DNA of 26,623 bases from a virus (IMGVR_UViG_3300012952_001236:1-26623), one strand, 5' to 3'; shown: positions 5,263 to 15,555, counted from the stretch's first letter. The notes: a model not told the origin generated them from the sequence alone. Program-made: numbers and translations.

Positions 5263-5965
5263 TCTAGTAGAAGGGATAACTACACTGTTATCCTTTACAA
5301 TGGAAGATATTCCTGATATAGAACCATTAGAGAGTTCCTTTCCAGAAGTTAAGAAAGGTGATCTGTTCATCGAGAACAAGATGTATAAGTCTCCTAAACT
5401 TAGGAAGATTCATTTGGAAGTAGCTAACATTGGTAAATTAAAAATACTTCATTGTGTATTCTTTCCTAATCCCAAATATAATATACCAATATTTGGATGT
5501 GATATTGTACAGAATGAAAAGGTAGTTACTGCAGCTATTGTTGATGTATCTCCTATAACTGGTACAGAACATGTTTATGAGAAGTTGTGTAAAATTAGTA
5601 ATAACTTTAGATTTAAGGAGAAGAGACCACTTCCATTGTGGGGTGATGAAATATTTTCTCCATTTTGTAAGTTCGTTCGGTTAACCGAAGATATAGAAAT
5701 GGCGAATTTTTATTGTGTTGTGTTAGAGTATCTTAGTGTATTCTTTGAATCAGTTAGAGATGCTGAGTTAGATCCAGATTGGATAAAGGAAGTTAGAAGG
5801 ATGGATGACCAGATATGGTACTGCACACAACAGCAGAAAAATGATAAAACTCGTGGTATACTAGAAAATGTATTTGACAAACAGTGGGCTGAAAATTATA
5901 TAGCTACTGTACTATTCGATAAACCAACATGCAAGACACAAACTGGACAGCACAAATCTTATTAG
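5252..5965 (+). CDS. pcyA: Phycocyanobilin:ferredoxin oxidoreductase
   Basis: RKIHLEVA, ILHCVFFP, PIFGCDIV, AAIVDVSP, LP-WG-IFS, YC-QQ-KNDKTR; the PcyA catalytic His/Glu/His/Asp set is intact. Confidence 0.93.
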   Translation: MQNDLVEGITTLLSFTMEDIPDIEPLESSFPEVKKGDLFIENKMYKSPKLRKIHLEVANIGKLKILHCVFFPNPKYNIPIFGCDIVQNEKVVTAAIVDVSPITGTEHVYEKLCKISNNFRFKEKRPLPLWGDEIFSPFCKFVRLTEDIEMANFYCVVLEYLSVFFESVRDAELDPDWIKEVRRMDDQIWYCTQQQKNDKTRGILENVFDKQWAENYIATVLFDKPTCKTQTGQHKSY

Positions 5966-6090
5966 AATCTAATAGATTAGTTAAAGTTGAGTTTACTGTA
6001 TGTAAATCGAATTTGAGAGAGGATGCATTACAAAGATGTAAAGCTCTTTATGGTGTATCCGATGTAAGACAATTAACAAGGGTATGGTAA
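5929..6090 (+). CDS. 53-aa hypothetical protein (not in ORF track)
   Basis: MQDTNWTAQILLESNRLVKVEFTVCKSNLREDALQRCKALYGVSDVRQLTRVW; overlaps the 3' end of pcyA. Confidence 0.7.
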   Translation: MQDTNWTAQILLESNRLVKVEFTVCKSNLREDALQRCKALYGVSDVRQLTRVW

Positions 6091-6093
6091 ATT

Positions 6094-6165
6094 ATGTGGT
6101 ATGTTATAGGATGGACAATAGTTACACTGTGGTTACTATCCAAAATAGGAGTTTTTAAAAAATGA
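6094..6165 (+). CDS. 23-aa membrane micropeptide (not in ORF track)
   Basis: MWYVIGWTIVTLWLLSKIGVFKK; starts 3 nt after the previous stop and has an ATGA overlap with the next gene. Confidence 0.6.
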   Translation: MWYVIGWTIVTLWLLSKIGVFKK

Positions 6166-6446
6166 CTTTTCTAATCGCAATTATGTCATTTGCAAATTTT
6201 GTATTCTATCCATTAGTGGTAGGATCAATTATTGCTGTAATAATTGAACAGATACTTAGAGCAAGAGGTGATGAGGATAGTCCTAAAGATGTAAAGAATG
6301 TCTTTGTTGCTATGGGTATCCGAAAGTATTTGATCAGACAAGCTTGGTTGTTTAACATCATTTGGTTTGTTGGTTACTTTATATTAATGTTTACTGTAGG
6401 TAAACAGACACCACAAGCAATGCCTGATATGATATGGCAAGGATAA
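6162..6446 (+). CDS. Two-TM membrane protein, hypothetical
   Basis: Two hydrophobic segments; AGGAG Shine-Dalgarno upstream. Confidence 0.8.
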   Translation: MTFLIAIMSFANFVFYPLVVGSIIAVIIEQILRARGDEDSPKDVKNVFVAMGIRKYLIRQAWLFNIIWFVGYFILMFTVGKQTPQAMPDMIWQG

Positions 6447-6453
6447 AATTATT

Positions 6454-7404
6454 ATGGATTATAAAACTTCTGGAGTTGATATAGAAGCAGGTAATGCTTT
6501 TGTTGAAAGATTAAAAAAACAAGCACCTACCATTGGTGGGTTTGGCGGTATGTTTAAGGTTCCTTCAGGATATGAGGAACCTGTTTTAGTATCTGGTGCT
6601 GATGGTGTTGGTACTAAAATTAATATGTGTAGAGTCTTTGGGGATTGGAAAACTATAGGTATGGATCTTGTTGCCATGTGTGTCAACGATGTTATTACTT
6701 GTGGTGCTAAACCATTATATTTTTTAGATTATATTTCTACTGGTAAGTTATCTCCTATTGTAGATGATATAGTGGATGGAATAGTTGAAGGTTGTAAGGT
6801 TGCTAATATAGATTTGATAGGTGGAGAGACTGCTGAACATCCTAGATGTGCTCCTCCACCAGCATATGGTGATGATATTGACCTTGCTGGATTTTGTACT
6901 GGTATTGTAGAGAAGTCAGAAATAATAGATGGAAGTTTAGTTCGTGAGAGTGATGTTGTTATTGGTATAGAAAGTAGTGGTCTTCATAGTAATGGATATA
7001 GTTTAATTAATGAGATGCTATGGAGACATAAGATCTCCTATAAGGACACTCCTGAATTACTTAATACCACCCATATCTATTCTCCTTTAATTCGATATCT
7101 TTTAGATGAGTTTCCTATCATGGGTATGGCTCATATTACTGGTGGTGGTATTCCAGAAAATCTTCCAAGATGTATTCCTGATGGATTGAAAGCAAGAGTT
7201 AATTATGATTCTTGGCAACTGCCAGAAATTTTTAAAAAGATTCAACTTGCAGGTGAGATTCCACCAGAAGAAATGAAGAAGGTATTTAATCTTGGTATTG
7301 GGTACTGTTTAGTAGTTCCTGAGAATGTAGCAACTGATGTCCAATTACGAATAGATGGACATGGCTTGCAATCTTGGGTGATCGGTGATATAATATCAGC
7401 ATAG
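6454..7404 (+). CDS. purM: Phosphoribosylaminoimidazole (AIR) synthetase
   Basis: Y---GVDI-AG, DGVGTK, DLVAMCVND, GGETAE, SSGLHSNGYSL, HITGGG, FNLGIG. Confidence 0.97.
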   Translation: MDYKTSGVDIEAGNAFVERLKKQAPTIGGFGGMFKVPSGYEEPVLVSGADGVGTKINMCRVFGDWKTIGMDLVAMCVNDVITCGAKPLYFLDYISTGKLSPIVDDIVDGIVEGCKVANIDLIGGETAEHPRCAPPPAYGDDIDLAGFCTGIVEKSEIIDGSLVRESDVVIGIESSGLHSNGYSLINEMLWRHKISYKDTPELLNTTHIYSPLIRYLLDEFPIMGMAHITGGGIPENLPRCIPDGLKARVNYDSWQLPEIFKKIQLAGEIPPEEMKKVFNLGIGYCLVVPENVATDVQLRIDGHGLQSWVIGDIISA

Positions 7405-7422
7405 TTGAAATAACCTTGTGTA

Positions 7423-7806
7423 ATGGAACCATATGACACTAATGTAGGTGTACACAATCGAGTACAGATTACAATAGATCTCAATGAATTAGTATGGGCA
7501 AGAGGAGAGCATCTAAAGCAAGAGATGTCTGTTAATCAGTCAGAATATCTTGCTGAGACTCTTCGTAGAACATTAACATGGGATACAATGTATAGTATGA
7601 TTGATCAGACTATACTTGAGTTCTTTGAAAATCATGAGCACCCTGAGATTTGGGATCCTCATTATGGTGAGACTGCTGGTAACGAACCTGCTGCTACTTT
7701 CGAGAAACAAGCAAAGGAACGTGAAAAAGCAAAGAAAGAATTTGAGATGGTTGATTTAGTATCATCAGCATGGACAATACAAGTACCAAGGAGGATAAAG
7801 AAATGA
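7423..7806 (+). CDS. Hypothetical protein (127 aa)
   Basis: ORF track; ATGA overlap with the next gene. Confidence 0.75.
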   Translation: MEPYDTNVGVHNRVQITIDLNELVWARGEHLKQEMSVNQSEYLAETLRRTLTWDTMYSMIDQTILEFFENHEHPEIWDPHYGETAGNEPAATFEKQAKEREKAKKEFEMVDLVSSAWTIQVPRRIKK

Positions 7807-8012
7807 GTCATGAAATTATAAGATATCGTATTAGACAAGATGGTATAGTAGAGGAAAGAGTAGAAGGTTCTACTGGTGATTCTTGCGAAAGACTTACTAA
7901 AGAAATAGAAAAAGCACTTGGTGATATCTCTAACCGTATACATACAGCAGATTATTATTTAAAACAACCTAACAAAAATGTCACACTTCAGCACGATCAA
8001 GACCAAAATTAA
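7803..8012 (+). CDS. DUF2997-like protein (start revised to 7803)
   Basis: I-Y-IRQDG-VEE-VEG--G--C--LT--IE-ALG pattern; GAGGA Shine-Dalgarno; adjacent to a DUF1257 gene as in cyanobacteria. Confidence 0.8.
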   Translation: MSHEIIRYRIRQDGIVEERVEGSTGDSCERLTKEIEKALGDISNRIHTADYYLKQPNKNVTLQHDQDQN

Positions 8013-8361
8013 AGATAAATCTGCTTTACTTAGAGCTTTACAAGTACTAGGACATAACACAGATGTTGATCAGAAATTAAAAAATCCTGCTGATCATAAT
8101 CATGATGAAGTTACTGTACATGTTGCTGTAGGAAAAGATATTGGTTTTCGTTTAAATCCATCTACGAAAACTTATGAGTTGGTTACAGATCTTCAAACAT
8201 GGGATCAACCAGTACCAGTAGAAAGGTTTCTTGATAAGTTATCACAACAGTATGCTGTAGAAACAATCACTGAAGCTGCTAAGAAAGATGACTTTCATGT
8301 CACACAACAAACTACCAAAACAGATGGATCTATTGAATTAGTCGTGGAGAGATGGAAATGA
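7978..8361 (+). CDS. DUF1257/Ycf35-like protein
   Basis: MSHFSTIKT, DIGFR, YELV-DL--W, FL-KLSQ-YA, DGSIELVVERW. Confidence 0.85.
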   Translation: MSHFSTIKTKIKDKSALLRALQVLGHNTDVDQKLKNPADHNHDEVTVHVAVGKDIGFRLNPSTKTYELVTDLQTWDQPVPVERFLDKLSQQYAVETITEAAKKDDFHVTQQTTKTDGSIELVVERWK

Positions 8362-8612
8362 ATCTTAATGTTATAGAATTAGTTACTGGTGTTATTGTAG
8401 TAGCTGATATAGAAGAACTTGATGAAGAACCTAGTTGTTTTTTAAAGAACTGTAGAGAAGTTCTGGAAGATGATGAAGGTGTTATTTCATTAAGGAAGTG
8501 GCCTCGTTACACAGATGAAACAGAGGCCTTGATTTTTTCTGATAGAATTACTACAATGTCAGAACCTAACAGCGAGTTATCTTCACTTTATAAGAAATCA
8601 ATTAATTCATGA
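8352..8612 (+). CDS. Small hypothetical protein preceding gp43
   Basis: Acidic 86-aa beta-rich ORF with an ATGA overlap to the polymerase; such ORFs are typical at this position in cyanomyoviruses. Confidence 0.75.
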   Translation: MEMNLNVIELVTGVIVVADIEELDEEPSCFLKNCREVLEDDEGVISLRKWPRYTDETEALIFSDRITTMSEPNSELSSLYKKSINS

Positions 8613-11098
8613 ATTTTTATACCAACGTCCAATTAGTATCCAATAAAATTCTTTTTAGAGGATATCAGGATGGTGAAAGGGTAATGTTCAGGGATACAAT
8701 GAGCCCTGTATTATTTGTCCAGACTGAGAAACCAAGTAAGTTTAAAACATTAGATGATAAGAATGTAAAACCTATCAACTTTATGAGTCCGAGGGATGCT
8801 AGGGATTTTTTAAAAAAGTATTCTGAGGTAGATAATTTTGATATCTATGGTTACGAAAGATTTTTGTATCAGTATATAGCTGATAAGTTTCCACAGGAAG
8901 AGATTAAATTTGATATGTCTGTGATGAATATCATCACTCTTGACATTGAGGTTGAATGTGAAAATGGTTTCCCTGATGTAGAATCTGCTTCTGAATCTAT
9001 ACTTTGTATTACGATTAAAGATCTAAATACTAAGAAGTTAATTGTCTGGGGTACTAGAGAATATGATAATAGTAGAGATGATGTAGAATTTGTTTATTGT
9101 TATTCTGAGCAGGATTTATTAGGCAAGTTTTTAGAATATTGGGTACAGAATACTCCAGATATTGTTACTGGATGGAATGTATATTTGTATGATATTCCAT
9201 ACATCTGCCGTAGATTGGAGAGAGTACTTTCTGAGAAACATATGCGTTCTCTTTCTCCTTGGAATTTAATTAATTATAGGGAGTTTACTATTCATGGTAG
9301 AAAGAATATTGCTTATGATCTTGGTGGTGTATCTTGTTTAGATTATCTTGACTTATATAAAAAGTTCACCTATTCTAATCAAGAGTCTTATAGATTAGAT
9401 CATATTGCTTTTGTTGAACTTGGTCAAAAGAAATTAGACCATAGTGAATATGAAAACTTCAAACAGTTCTATACACAGGATTGGCAGAAGTTTATTGATT
9501 ATAACATTCTTGACGTTGAACTAGTTGATCGTCTAGAAGATAAGATGAGGTTGATTGAACTTTGTCTTACTATGGCATATGATGCCAAACAAAACTATGA
9601 AGATGTATATTCTCAGGTTAAGACTTGGGATAATATTATTTTCAACTATCTTAAGAAGGATCATATAGTGGTTCCTCCTAAGATATCACATAAAAAAGAT
9701 ACCGCTTACGCAGGGGCTTATGTCAAGGAACCAAAAACAGGACGCTATGATTGGGTGGTCAATTTTGACCTTAATAGCTTGTACCCTCATCTTATTATGC
9801 AATATAACATCAGTCCAGAGACCCTCAGGCAGACTCGACATCCCAGTGCGAGCGTTGAGGGGATCTTAAATGAGAGTATAAAGGTTGATACACCTTATGC
9901 TGTATGTGCCAATGGTGCTCAATACAGTAAAGACTTTCAAGGATTTCTCCCTAAGTTAATGGAGAAGATGTATAATGATAGAGTCATCTTTAAGAAGAAG
10001 ATGATTGAGGCGAAGAAACAATATGAGAAGACACCATCACTTGCTCTTACAAAAGAGATTTCTAGGTGTAATAATATTCAGATGGCGAAGAAGATATCTC
10101 TCAATAGTGCTTATGGTGCTATTGGTAATGAGTACTTTAGATACTTTAGGATAGCCAATGCAGAAGCTATTACTTTATCTGGACAAGTATCTATCCGTTG
10201 GATAGAGAATAAGATGAATTCTTATATGAATAAAATTTTGAAAACTGAGGGAGAAGATTATGTTATTGCTTCAGATACTGATTCCATTTATCTTAATATG
10301 GGGCCTTTTGTTGACGCTGTATACGAGGGGCGAGAGAAAACTAATGAGAGCGTTGTTGGGTTCCTTGACAAGGTGTGTCAAGTTAAACTTGAACCTTTTA
10401 TTGAAAGTGCTTACCAAGAACTGGCCAGGAATGTCAACGCCTATTCCCAAAAAATGATAATGAAAAGGGAGAACATTGCCGATAGAGGTATATGGACTGC
10501 CAAGAAAAGATATATTTTAAACGTATGGGATAGTGAAGGAGTTAGATACGAGAAACCAAAACTTAAGATCATGGGATTGGAGACTGCTCGTTCGTCAACT
10601 CCTGCTTTCTTTAGAGATAAGTTGAAGAAAGCCTTTACAATTATAATTAATGATACGAATGATGATCTAATTAAGTTTATTGATGAAGTTCGTAAGGAGA
10701 CTAAGGAACAAGAGATAGAGAATATATCATTCCCTAGAGGATGTAATAATTTAGATAAGTATAGGAGTTCTGCTGATTTGTATAAGAAGGGAACTCCGAT
10801 TCAGGTTAGAGGTGCTCTTCTATATAATCATTACATAAAGAAGAAGAAATTACAGAACAAGTATCCGCTCATTCAGGAAGGTGAGAAGATTAAGTTTGTG
10901 TATCTCCAGAAACCTAATCCTATCAATGAAGATATCATTGCATATTTTCAGACACTTCCAACTGAACTTAATCTGAATAATTATATAGATTATGATACTC
11001 AGTTTGAAAAGAGTTTCACTGCTCCTTTAAAGAATGTCTTAGAGACAATAGGATGGCAGGTTGAGAAGCGTGGATCGCTTGAATCTTTCTTTGTTTAA
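8609..11098 (+). CDS. gp43: Family B DNA polymerase (T4 gp43-like)
   Basis: Exonuclease motifs DIE, TGWN, YN--D; polymerase motifs FDLNSLYP, K---NSAYG, DTDS, KKRY; no intein or intron visible. Confidence 0.98.
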   Translation: MNFYTNVQLVSNKILFRGYQDGERVMFRDTMSPVLFVQTEKPSKFKTLDDKNVKPINFMSPRDARDFLKKYSEVDNFDIYGYERFLYQYIADKFPQEEIKFDMSVMNIITLDIEVECENGFPDVESASESILCITIKDLNTKKLIVWGTREYDNSRDDVEFVYCYSEQDLLGKFLEYWVQNTPDIVTGWNVYLYDIPYICRRLERVLSEKHMRSLSPWNLINYREFTIHGRKNIAYDLGGVSCLDYLDLYKKFTYSNQESYRLDHIAFVELGQKKLDHSEYENFKQFYTQDWQKFIDYNILDVELVDRLEDKMRLIELCLTMAYDAKQNYEDVYSQVKTWDNIIFNYLKKDHIVVPPKISHKKDTAYAGAYVKEPKTGRYDWVVNFDLNSLYPHLIMQYNISPETLRQTRHPSASVEGILNESIKVDTPYAVCANGAQYSKDFQGFLPKLMEKMYNDRVIFKKKMIEAKKQYEKTPSLALTKEISRCNNIQMAKKISLNSAYGAIGNEYFRYFRIANAEAITLSGQVSIRWIENKMNSYMNKILKTEGEDYVIASDTDSIYLNMGPFVDAVYEGREKTNESVVGFLDKVCQVKLEPFIESAYQELARNVNAYSQKMIMKRENIADRGIWTAKKRYILNVWDSEGVRYEKPKLKIMGLETARSSTPAFFRDKLKKAFTIIINDTNDDLIKFIDEVRKETKEQEIENISFPRGCNNLDKYRSSADLYKKGTPIQVRGALLYNHYIKKKKLQNKYPLIQEGEKIKFVYLQKPNPINEDIIAYFQTLPTELNLNNYIDYDTQFEKSFTAPLKNVLETIGWQVEKRGSLESFFV

Positions 11099-11107
11099 TG
11101 GTACAAT
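11079..11107 (+). promoter_or_regulatory. Sigma70-type (early) promoter for uvsX
   Basis: TTGAAT, 17-nt spacer, TACAAT with extended -10 TG. Confidence 0.65.
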
Positions 11108-11126
11108 AGTAAAAAGGAATTGAATT

Positions 11127-12155
11127 ATGAGTTTTCTTAAAAATGTAATTAAGGAGTTGGACAATGAGTTTGCATCGGTGGCAGATGATGGTATCTCGTC
11201 AGGGGATTGTGATTCCTTTGTGGATACTGGCAGTTTCATCTTTAATGCCCTCGTTAGTGGCAGCATCTTTGGTGGTCTTCCATCCAATAAAATCACAGCC
11301 CTCGCTGGGGAGTCAAGCACTGGTAAGACTTTCTTTGCCTTATCAATCGTCAAGAATTTTCTACAGTCAAATCCAGCCGCACAAGTAATATACTTTGAAA
11401 CTGAATCTGCTATTACTAAGAACATGCTTAGTACACGTGGTATTGATATTACAAGATTAGGATTGGTTCCTGTTACTACAGTACAAGAGTTTAGAACACA
11501 GGCTATTAAAGTTGTAGATGAATATACTAAACTACCAATATCAGATCGCCCACCATTGATGTTTGTATTAGATTCATTGGGTATGCTTTCTACAACTAAA
11601 GAAGTTGAAGATGCATCTGCTGGTAAAGAGACACGTGATATGACTCGTGCTCAAATTGTTAAGTCCATATTCAGAATACTTTCTCTCAAATTAGGTCGTG
11701 CAAATATTCCTTTAATCGTTACTAATCATACATATGATGTAGTAGGTGCTTATATGCCTACTAAAGAGATGGGTGGTGGTAGTGGATTGAAGTATGCTGC
11801 ATCTACTATTATATACCTATCCAAATCTAAAGAGAAAGATGGTAAAGATGTTATTGGTAATATCATTAAGTGTAAAGCATTTAAATCCAGATTCACTAAA
11901 GAGAATTCTATAGTAGCTACTAGGTTATTCTACGATGAAAGAGGATTGGATTCCTATTACGGACTCCTCGAATTGGGAGAAAAATATGGAGTCTTTACAA
12001 AAGCTGGAAACAGATACCAGATTGGAGAGGCGAAAGTTTATGCTAAGAGTGTTCTCGAAGATCCTCAAAAGTATTTTACGCCAGAAGTAATGCAAGCACT
12101 TGACGAATGTGCAAAGAACGAGTATAGTTATGGTTCATTCGATGGTGTAAATTGA
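11127..12155 (+). CDS. uvsX: RecA-like recombinase UvsX
   Basis: Walker [31 protein letters not shown]. Confidence 0.96.
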   Translation: MSFLKNVIKELDNEFASVADDGISSGDCDSFVDTGSFIFNALVSGSIFGGLPSNKITALAGESSTGKTFFALSIVKNFLQSNPAAQVIYFETESAITKNMLSTRGIDITRLGLVPVTTVQEFRTQAIKVVDEYTKLPISDRPPLMFVLDSLGMLSTTKEVEDASAGKETRDMTRAQIVKSIFRILSLKLGRANIPLIVTNHTYDVVGAYMPTKEMGGGSGLKYAASTIIYLSKSKEKDGKDVIGNIIKCKAFKSRFTKENSIVATRLFYDERGLDSYYGLLELGEKYGVFTKAGNRYQIGEAKVYAKSVLEDPQKYFTPEVMQALDECAKNEYSYGSFDGVN

Positions 12156-13525
12156 TGGTTGATAGGATTGAGAATAAAATCCTTTCTAATCTTATTCATG
12201 TTGAAGATTATATGAGGAAGGTAATTCCTTTTATAAAGGATGTTTATTTTGATAATGTATCTGAGAAAACAATCTTTCAAGAGATACTAGATTTTATCAA
12301 TCAATATGATAGCCTTCCAACTAAATCTGTTCTAACTATAGAAGTAGAGAATAGAAAAGATCTCTCTGAAGATATGTTCAAAGAGTGTGTTACTATCATT
12401 GATAGTTTCACTGATGAGAAAGTAGATCAAACTTGGTTAGTTGATAGTACAGAGAAGTGGTGTAAAGAGAGAGCTGTATATCTTGCATTAATGGAGTCAG
12501 TTAAGATTGCTGATGGTAAAGATGAGAAAAAGAATAGAGATGCTATTCCTAGTATATTGTCAGAAGCATTATCAGTATCATTTGATGATCATATAGGACA
12601 TGATTATTTTGCTGATGCTCAGTCTAGATATGAATTTTATCATTTAAAAGAAGATAAGATTAAGTTTGATCTTGATATGTTTAACAAGATTACTAAGGGT
12701 GGATTACCACGTAAGACATTAAACATTGCTCTTGCTGGTACTGGTGTTGGTAAATCTTTATTCATGTGTCATCAAGCTGCTTCTTGTTTGATGGAAGGTA
12801 AGAATGTTTTGTATATTACATTAGAGATGGCGGAAGAAAGAATTGCAGAACGTATAGATGCAAATCTTTTTAATGTTGATATTAAATCTATTATAGAACT
12901 TCCTAAACCAATGTATGATACAAAGGTTGAGAAGATAACAAAGAAGACTCATGGACAGTTAATCATTAAAGAATATCCAACTGCTTCTGCACACGCTGGA
13001 CACTTTAGGGCATTGTTAAATGAGTTACATCTTAAGAAAAGTTTTACACCAGATATCATCTTTATTGATTATCTAAATATTTGTTCATCTAGTCGTTACA
13101 AGGGTACAATTGTTAATTCATACACGTTCGTTAAGGCGATTGCGGAGGAACTTCGTGGTCTGGCTGTGGAAGCAAATCTACCGATTGTCAGTGCTACTCA
13201 AACTACTCGTTCTGGTTTTGGTTCTACTGACGTTGACCTCACTGACACTTCAGAATCCTTTGGACTCCCTGCTACTGCTGATTTTATGTTCGCTCTCATA
13301 TCTACTGAGGAGTTGGAAGCATTGAATCAGATCATGGTTAAACAGTTAAAGAATCGGTATAATGATCCTACAATGTTTAAAAGATTTGTTGTGGGTATTG
13401 ACAGATCGAAGATGAAATTGTATAATGTAGAGGACAGTGCTCAGAAAAACATCGTTGATTCAGGTCAAGATGATTCTGAGGTTTCAGAAAAAACAACAAG
13501 AAGTTTTGCGGGATTTAAAGTATGA
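12152..13525 (+). CDS. gp41: Replicative DnaB-like helicase (T4 gp41-like)
   Basis: [51 protein letters not shown]. Confidence 0.97.
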   Translation: MMVDRIENKILSNLIHVEDYMRKVIPFIKDVYFDNVSEKTIFQEILDFINQYDSLPTKSVLTIEVENRKDLSEDMFKECVTIIDSFTDEKVDQTWLVDSTEKWCKERAVYLALMESVKIADGKDEKKNRDAIPSILSEALSVSFDDHIGHDYFADAQSRYEFYHLKEDKIKFDLDMFNKITKGGLPRKTLNIALAGTGVGKSLFMCHQAASCLMEGKNVLYITLEMAEERIAERIDANLFNVDIKSIIELPKPMYDTKVEKITKKTHGQLIIKEYPTASAHAGHFRALLNELHLKKSFTPDIIFIDYLNICSSSRYKGTIVNSYTFVKAIAEELRGLAVEANLPIVSATQTTRSGFGSTDVDLTDTSESFGLPATADFMFALISTEELEALNQIMVKQLKNRYNDPTMFKRFVVGIDRSKMKLYNVEDSAQKNIVDSGQDDSEVSEKTTRSFAGFKV

Positions 13526-13947
13526 AATTAAGAGAACCAGCTCAAGTAAATGTTGATTATGATGAGTATTTAAAGTTTGTTTCTGGTGTTACTAGTGAAG
13601 CATCAGCAGATAAAGATGCTTTTATTGAACGTGTAAATGAATTAAAACCTAGTGTCGATCTAAATAGGCTACTAACTGCTGCTATTGGTGTAGGTGCCGA
13701 GGGTGGTGAGTTTGCTGAAATTGTTAAAAAGATTACATTCCAAGGTAAACCATATGATGATGCTTCTCGTGAGCATATGATTGTAGAACTTGGAGATGTA
13801 ATGTGGTATATCGCCCAAGCATGTTTATCTTTAGGAGTCTCGATTGATGATCTCGTTATCCGCAATGTACAAAAACTCCAAGCGCGCTATCCAGAAGGTG
13901 CGTTTGAAGTCATCAGGTCAGAAAACAGAAGGGCCGGCGATATCTGA
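13522..13947 (+). CDS. mazG: MazG-like nucleoside triphosphate pyrophosphohydrolase
   Basis: E-GEF-EIVKK, ELGDVMWY, N--KL--RYP. Confidence 0.93.
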   Translation: MKLREPAQVNVDYDEYLKFVSGVTSEASADKDAFIERVNELKPSVDLNRLLTAAIGVGAEGGEFAEIVKKITFQGKPYDDASREHMIVELGDVMWYIAQACLSLGVSIDDLVIRNVQKLQARYPEGAFEVIRSENRRAGDI

Positions 13948-14033
13948 TTCTCAGATGGTAAAGGCTTTAGGTGAGACTTTGCTTGGCATGTCTATACATC
14001 CTAAAGCACTTTTAAAATCTATTACTAAGAAGG

Positions 14034-14040
14034 ATAAATA
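14034..14040 (+). promoter_or_regulatory. T4-type late promoter (ATAAATA)
   Basis: Motif about 25 nt upstream of ATG 14065. Confidence 0.65.
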
Positions 14041-14064
14041 AAAAAGAAAGTATTTTTATTTACA

Positions 14065-15555
14065 ATGGCTCCCAAGGTTGGCAAAAATTTATCTGTAGAT
14101 GGAGACACCCAAAAGTGTCTGGTATTAATTATGGGAGTTCTTGCTGGTCAGGATTATAATTATTTTGCTGGTGGATTTAATATATTAGGTACTAATGATT
14201 CAAATAGATCAAAGATTAAAGTAACAATGTCTGTAATTGTTCCTGAAGGACAATTAGAAACAGCAGCAAAGAAGATTAAATCTACAATGAATGCTGATGG
14301 TTATGATGTTGATTTTGGTGATGGGTATAAATGGGTGAATGTTTATTTGGGTGATATGGAGAAGACTAAGACTAGAATTAAAATCCAAATAAAAGTAGAG
14401 AAAGTTAAGAAAGAATTTGATAAGCCTTCTGGAGTAAATAAAGGTTCTGGTGGTGGTAGTGCTAATACTGCTATTGTTGAATCTGCCCAATGTTTGTATT
14501 GTGATTTAGCTTTTAATGTATATAAAGGTAAAATTGATGAAGAATCTTTAATAAGTAAAGATGATTTTGATAAGGCTTATAGTAATATTGACGTAGATGC
14601 TAACCTTGATGAAATGTTATCAATGGCATCTGCATGGAAGAAATCTTCTATTCGTGGTGCTAATAGGTTATATGAGGAGTTCCATTCTGATGGAACATAT
14701 AAATTTTATAGAGGTAAGGGTGTTGATGCAGAAATTAATAAAGCATATGCTAGAGTGAAGGCAGATAAAGTGGTTGCAGAAAGTGAGAGTATTAAAGATA
14801 AAGTACCACAGAGTGAAGATAAATGGAATCCAGCAGATATATGGGCAGCACAAGCAACTTTTGATATAACATCTATAGAAAAAGCTTCGAAGCCAGGACT
14901 TATATTAAATTTAAATGCTTTTTTAGTAAAGGAATTTAATGCTAAGAATTTAATTGGTATTTCTCTTAAGAAGATAACTGGAGATCCACATCTAAGTCCA
15001 ATGAATAAAACTGCTGATAGAAAAATTGATGATGTTGGATTACATGGATCTAGTTTTAGTTATGAATCATTAGATACTTATATTGATTTCAAGGGTACTA
15101 CATCAGTTCAGTTTAGAAATTTTAGTTCGTCAAAAGGATCTTGGCAAGGTGAAGTTGGAATTAAAGGATCATCAGCAAAACATGGAAAGATAGGTGGTGG
15201 TGCTGTTTGGGATATATTGAGAGCTCATGGTATTACCGTTGGAAATGGTATTGATAATAATACACAACTATATACAGATCTTGGTAATGGTCAGAAAAAA
15301 ATGCCTTATGCTAAAAAAATATATAAGTTATTAAAAGACACTCCAAGTAATGATAGAACAATGACTTCTAATGAGACACAAGAAATAGATGATATTGTTT
15401 CAAATGGTCAACGTTGGATGTATGCAAAGTACTTAGGACTTAGTTTGATTGATAAAATTAAATCTGCAAATAATTCTGATGAAATAGTACAGGATATATA
15501 TCTATATGCTAGTTCACAACATTCACTATCTGGAGTATATTATAAGTTAACATGA
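14065..15555 (+). CDS. Hypothetical protein with a PD-(D/E)XK-like nuclease motif
   Basis: ESAQC ... DKWNPADIW ... GISLKK arrangement fits a restriction-endonuclease-fold variant; function is inferred. Confidence 0.55.
   Translation: MAPKVGKNLSVDGDTQKCLVLIMGVLAGQDYNYFAGGFNILGTNDSNRSKIKVTMSVIVPEGQLETAAKKIKSTMNADGYDVDFGDGYKWVNVYLGDMEKTKTRIKIQIKVEKVKKEFDKPSGVNKGSGGGSANTAIVESAQCLYCDLAFNVYKGKIDEESLISKDDFDKAYSNIDVDANLDEMLSMASAWKKSSIRGANRLYEEFHSDGTYKFYRGKGVDAEINKAYARVKADKVVAESESIKDKVPQSEDKWNPADIWAAQATFDITSIEKASKPGLILNLNAFLVKEFNAKNLIGISLKKITGDPHLSPMNKTADRKIDDVGLHGSSFSYESLDTYIDFKGTTSVQFRNFSSSKGSWQGEVGIKGSSAKHGKIGGGAVWDILRAHGITVGNGIDNNTQLYTDLGNGQKKMPYAKKIYKLLKDTPSNDRTMTSNETQEIDDIVSNGQRWMYAKYLGLSLIDKIKSANNSDEIVQDIYLYASSQHSLSGVYYKLT

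Noticed and set aside
8609-11098. Intein or intron in gp43 (also considered for gp41 and nrdA)
   Set aside because: Lengths and motif spacing are normal and the frames are uninterrupted.
13945-13947. mazG TGA inside a hairpin as a selenocysteine or read-through signal
   Set aside because: The protein ends at the expected family C-terminus (R--GDI) and the hairpin does not resemble a bacterial SECIS.
13844-14041. 65-aa ORF overlapping the end of mazG
   Set aside because: Mostly an alternative frame of mazG; the free 28-codon part has no motif support and overlaps hairpins.
14065-15555. Homing endonuclease (GIY-YIG, HNH or LAGLIDADG)
   Set aside because: None of those motifs is present; only a PD-(D/E)XK-like pattern, and the gene is coupled to the downstream gene.
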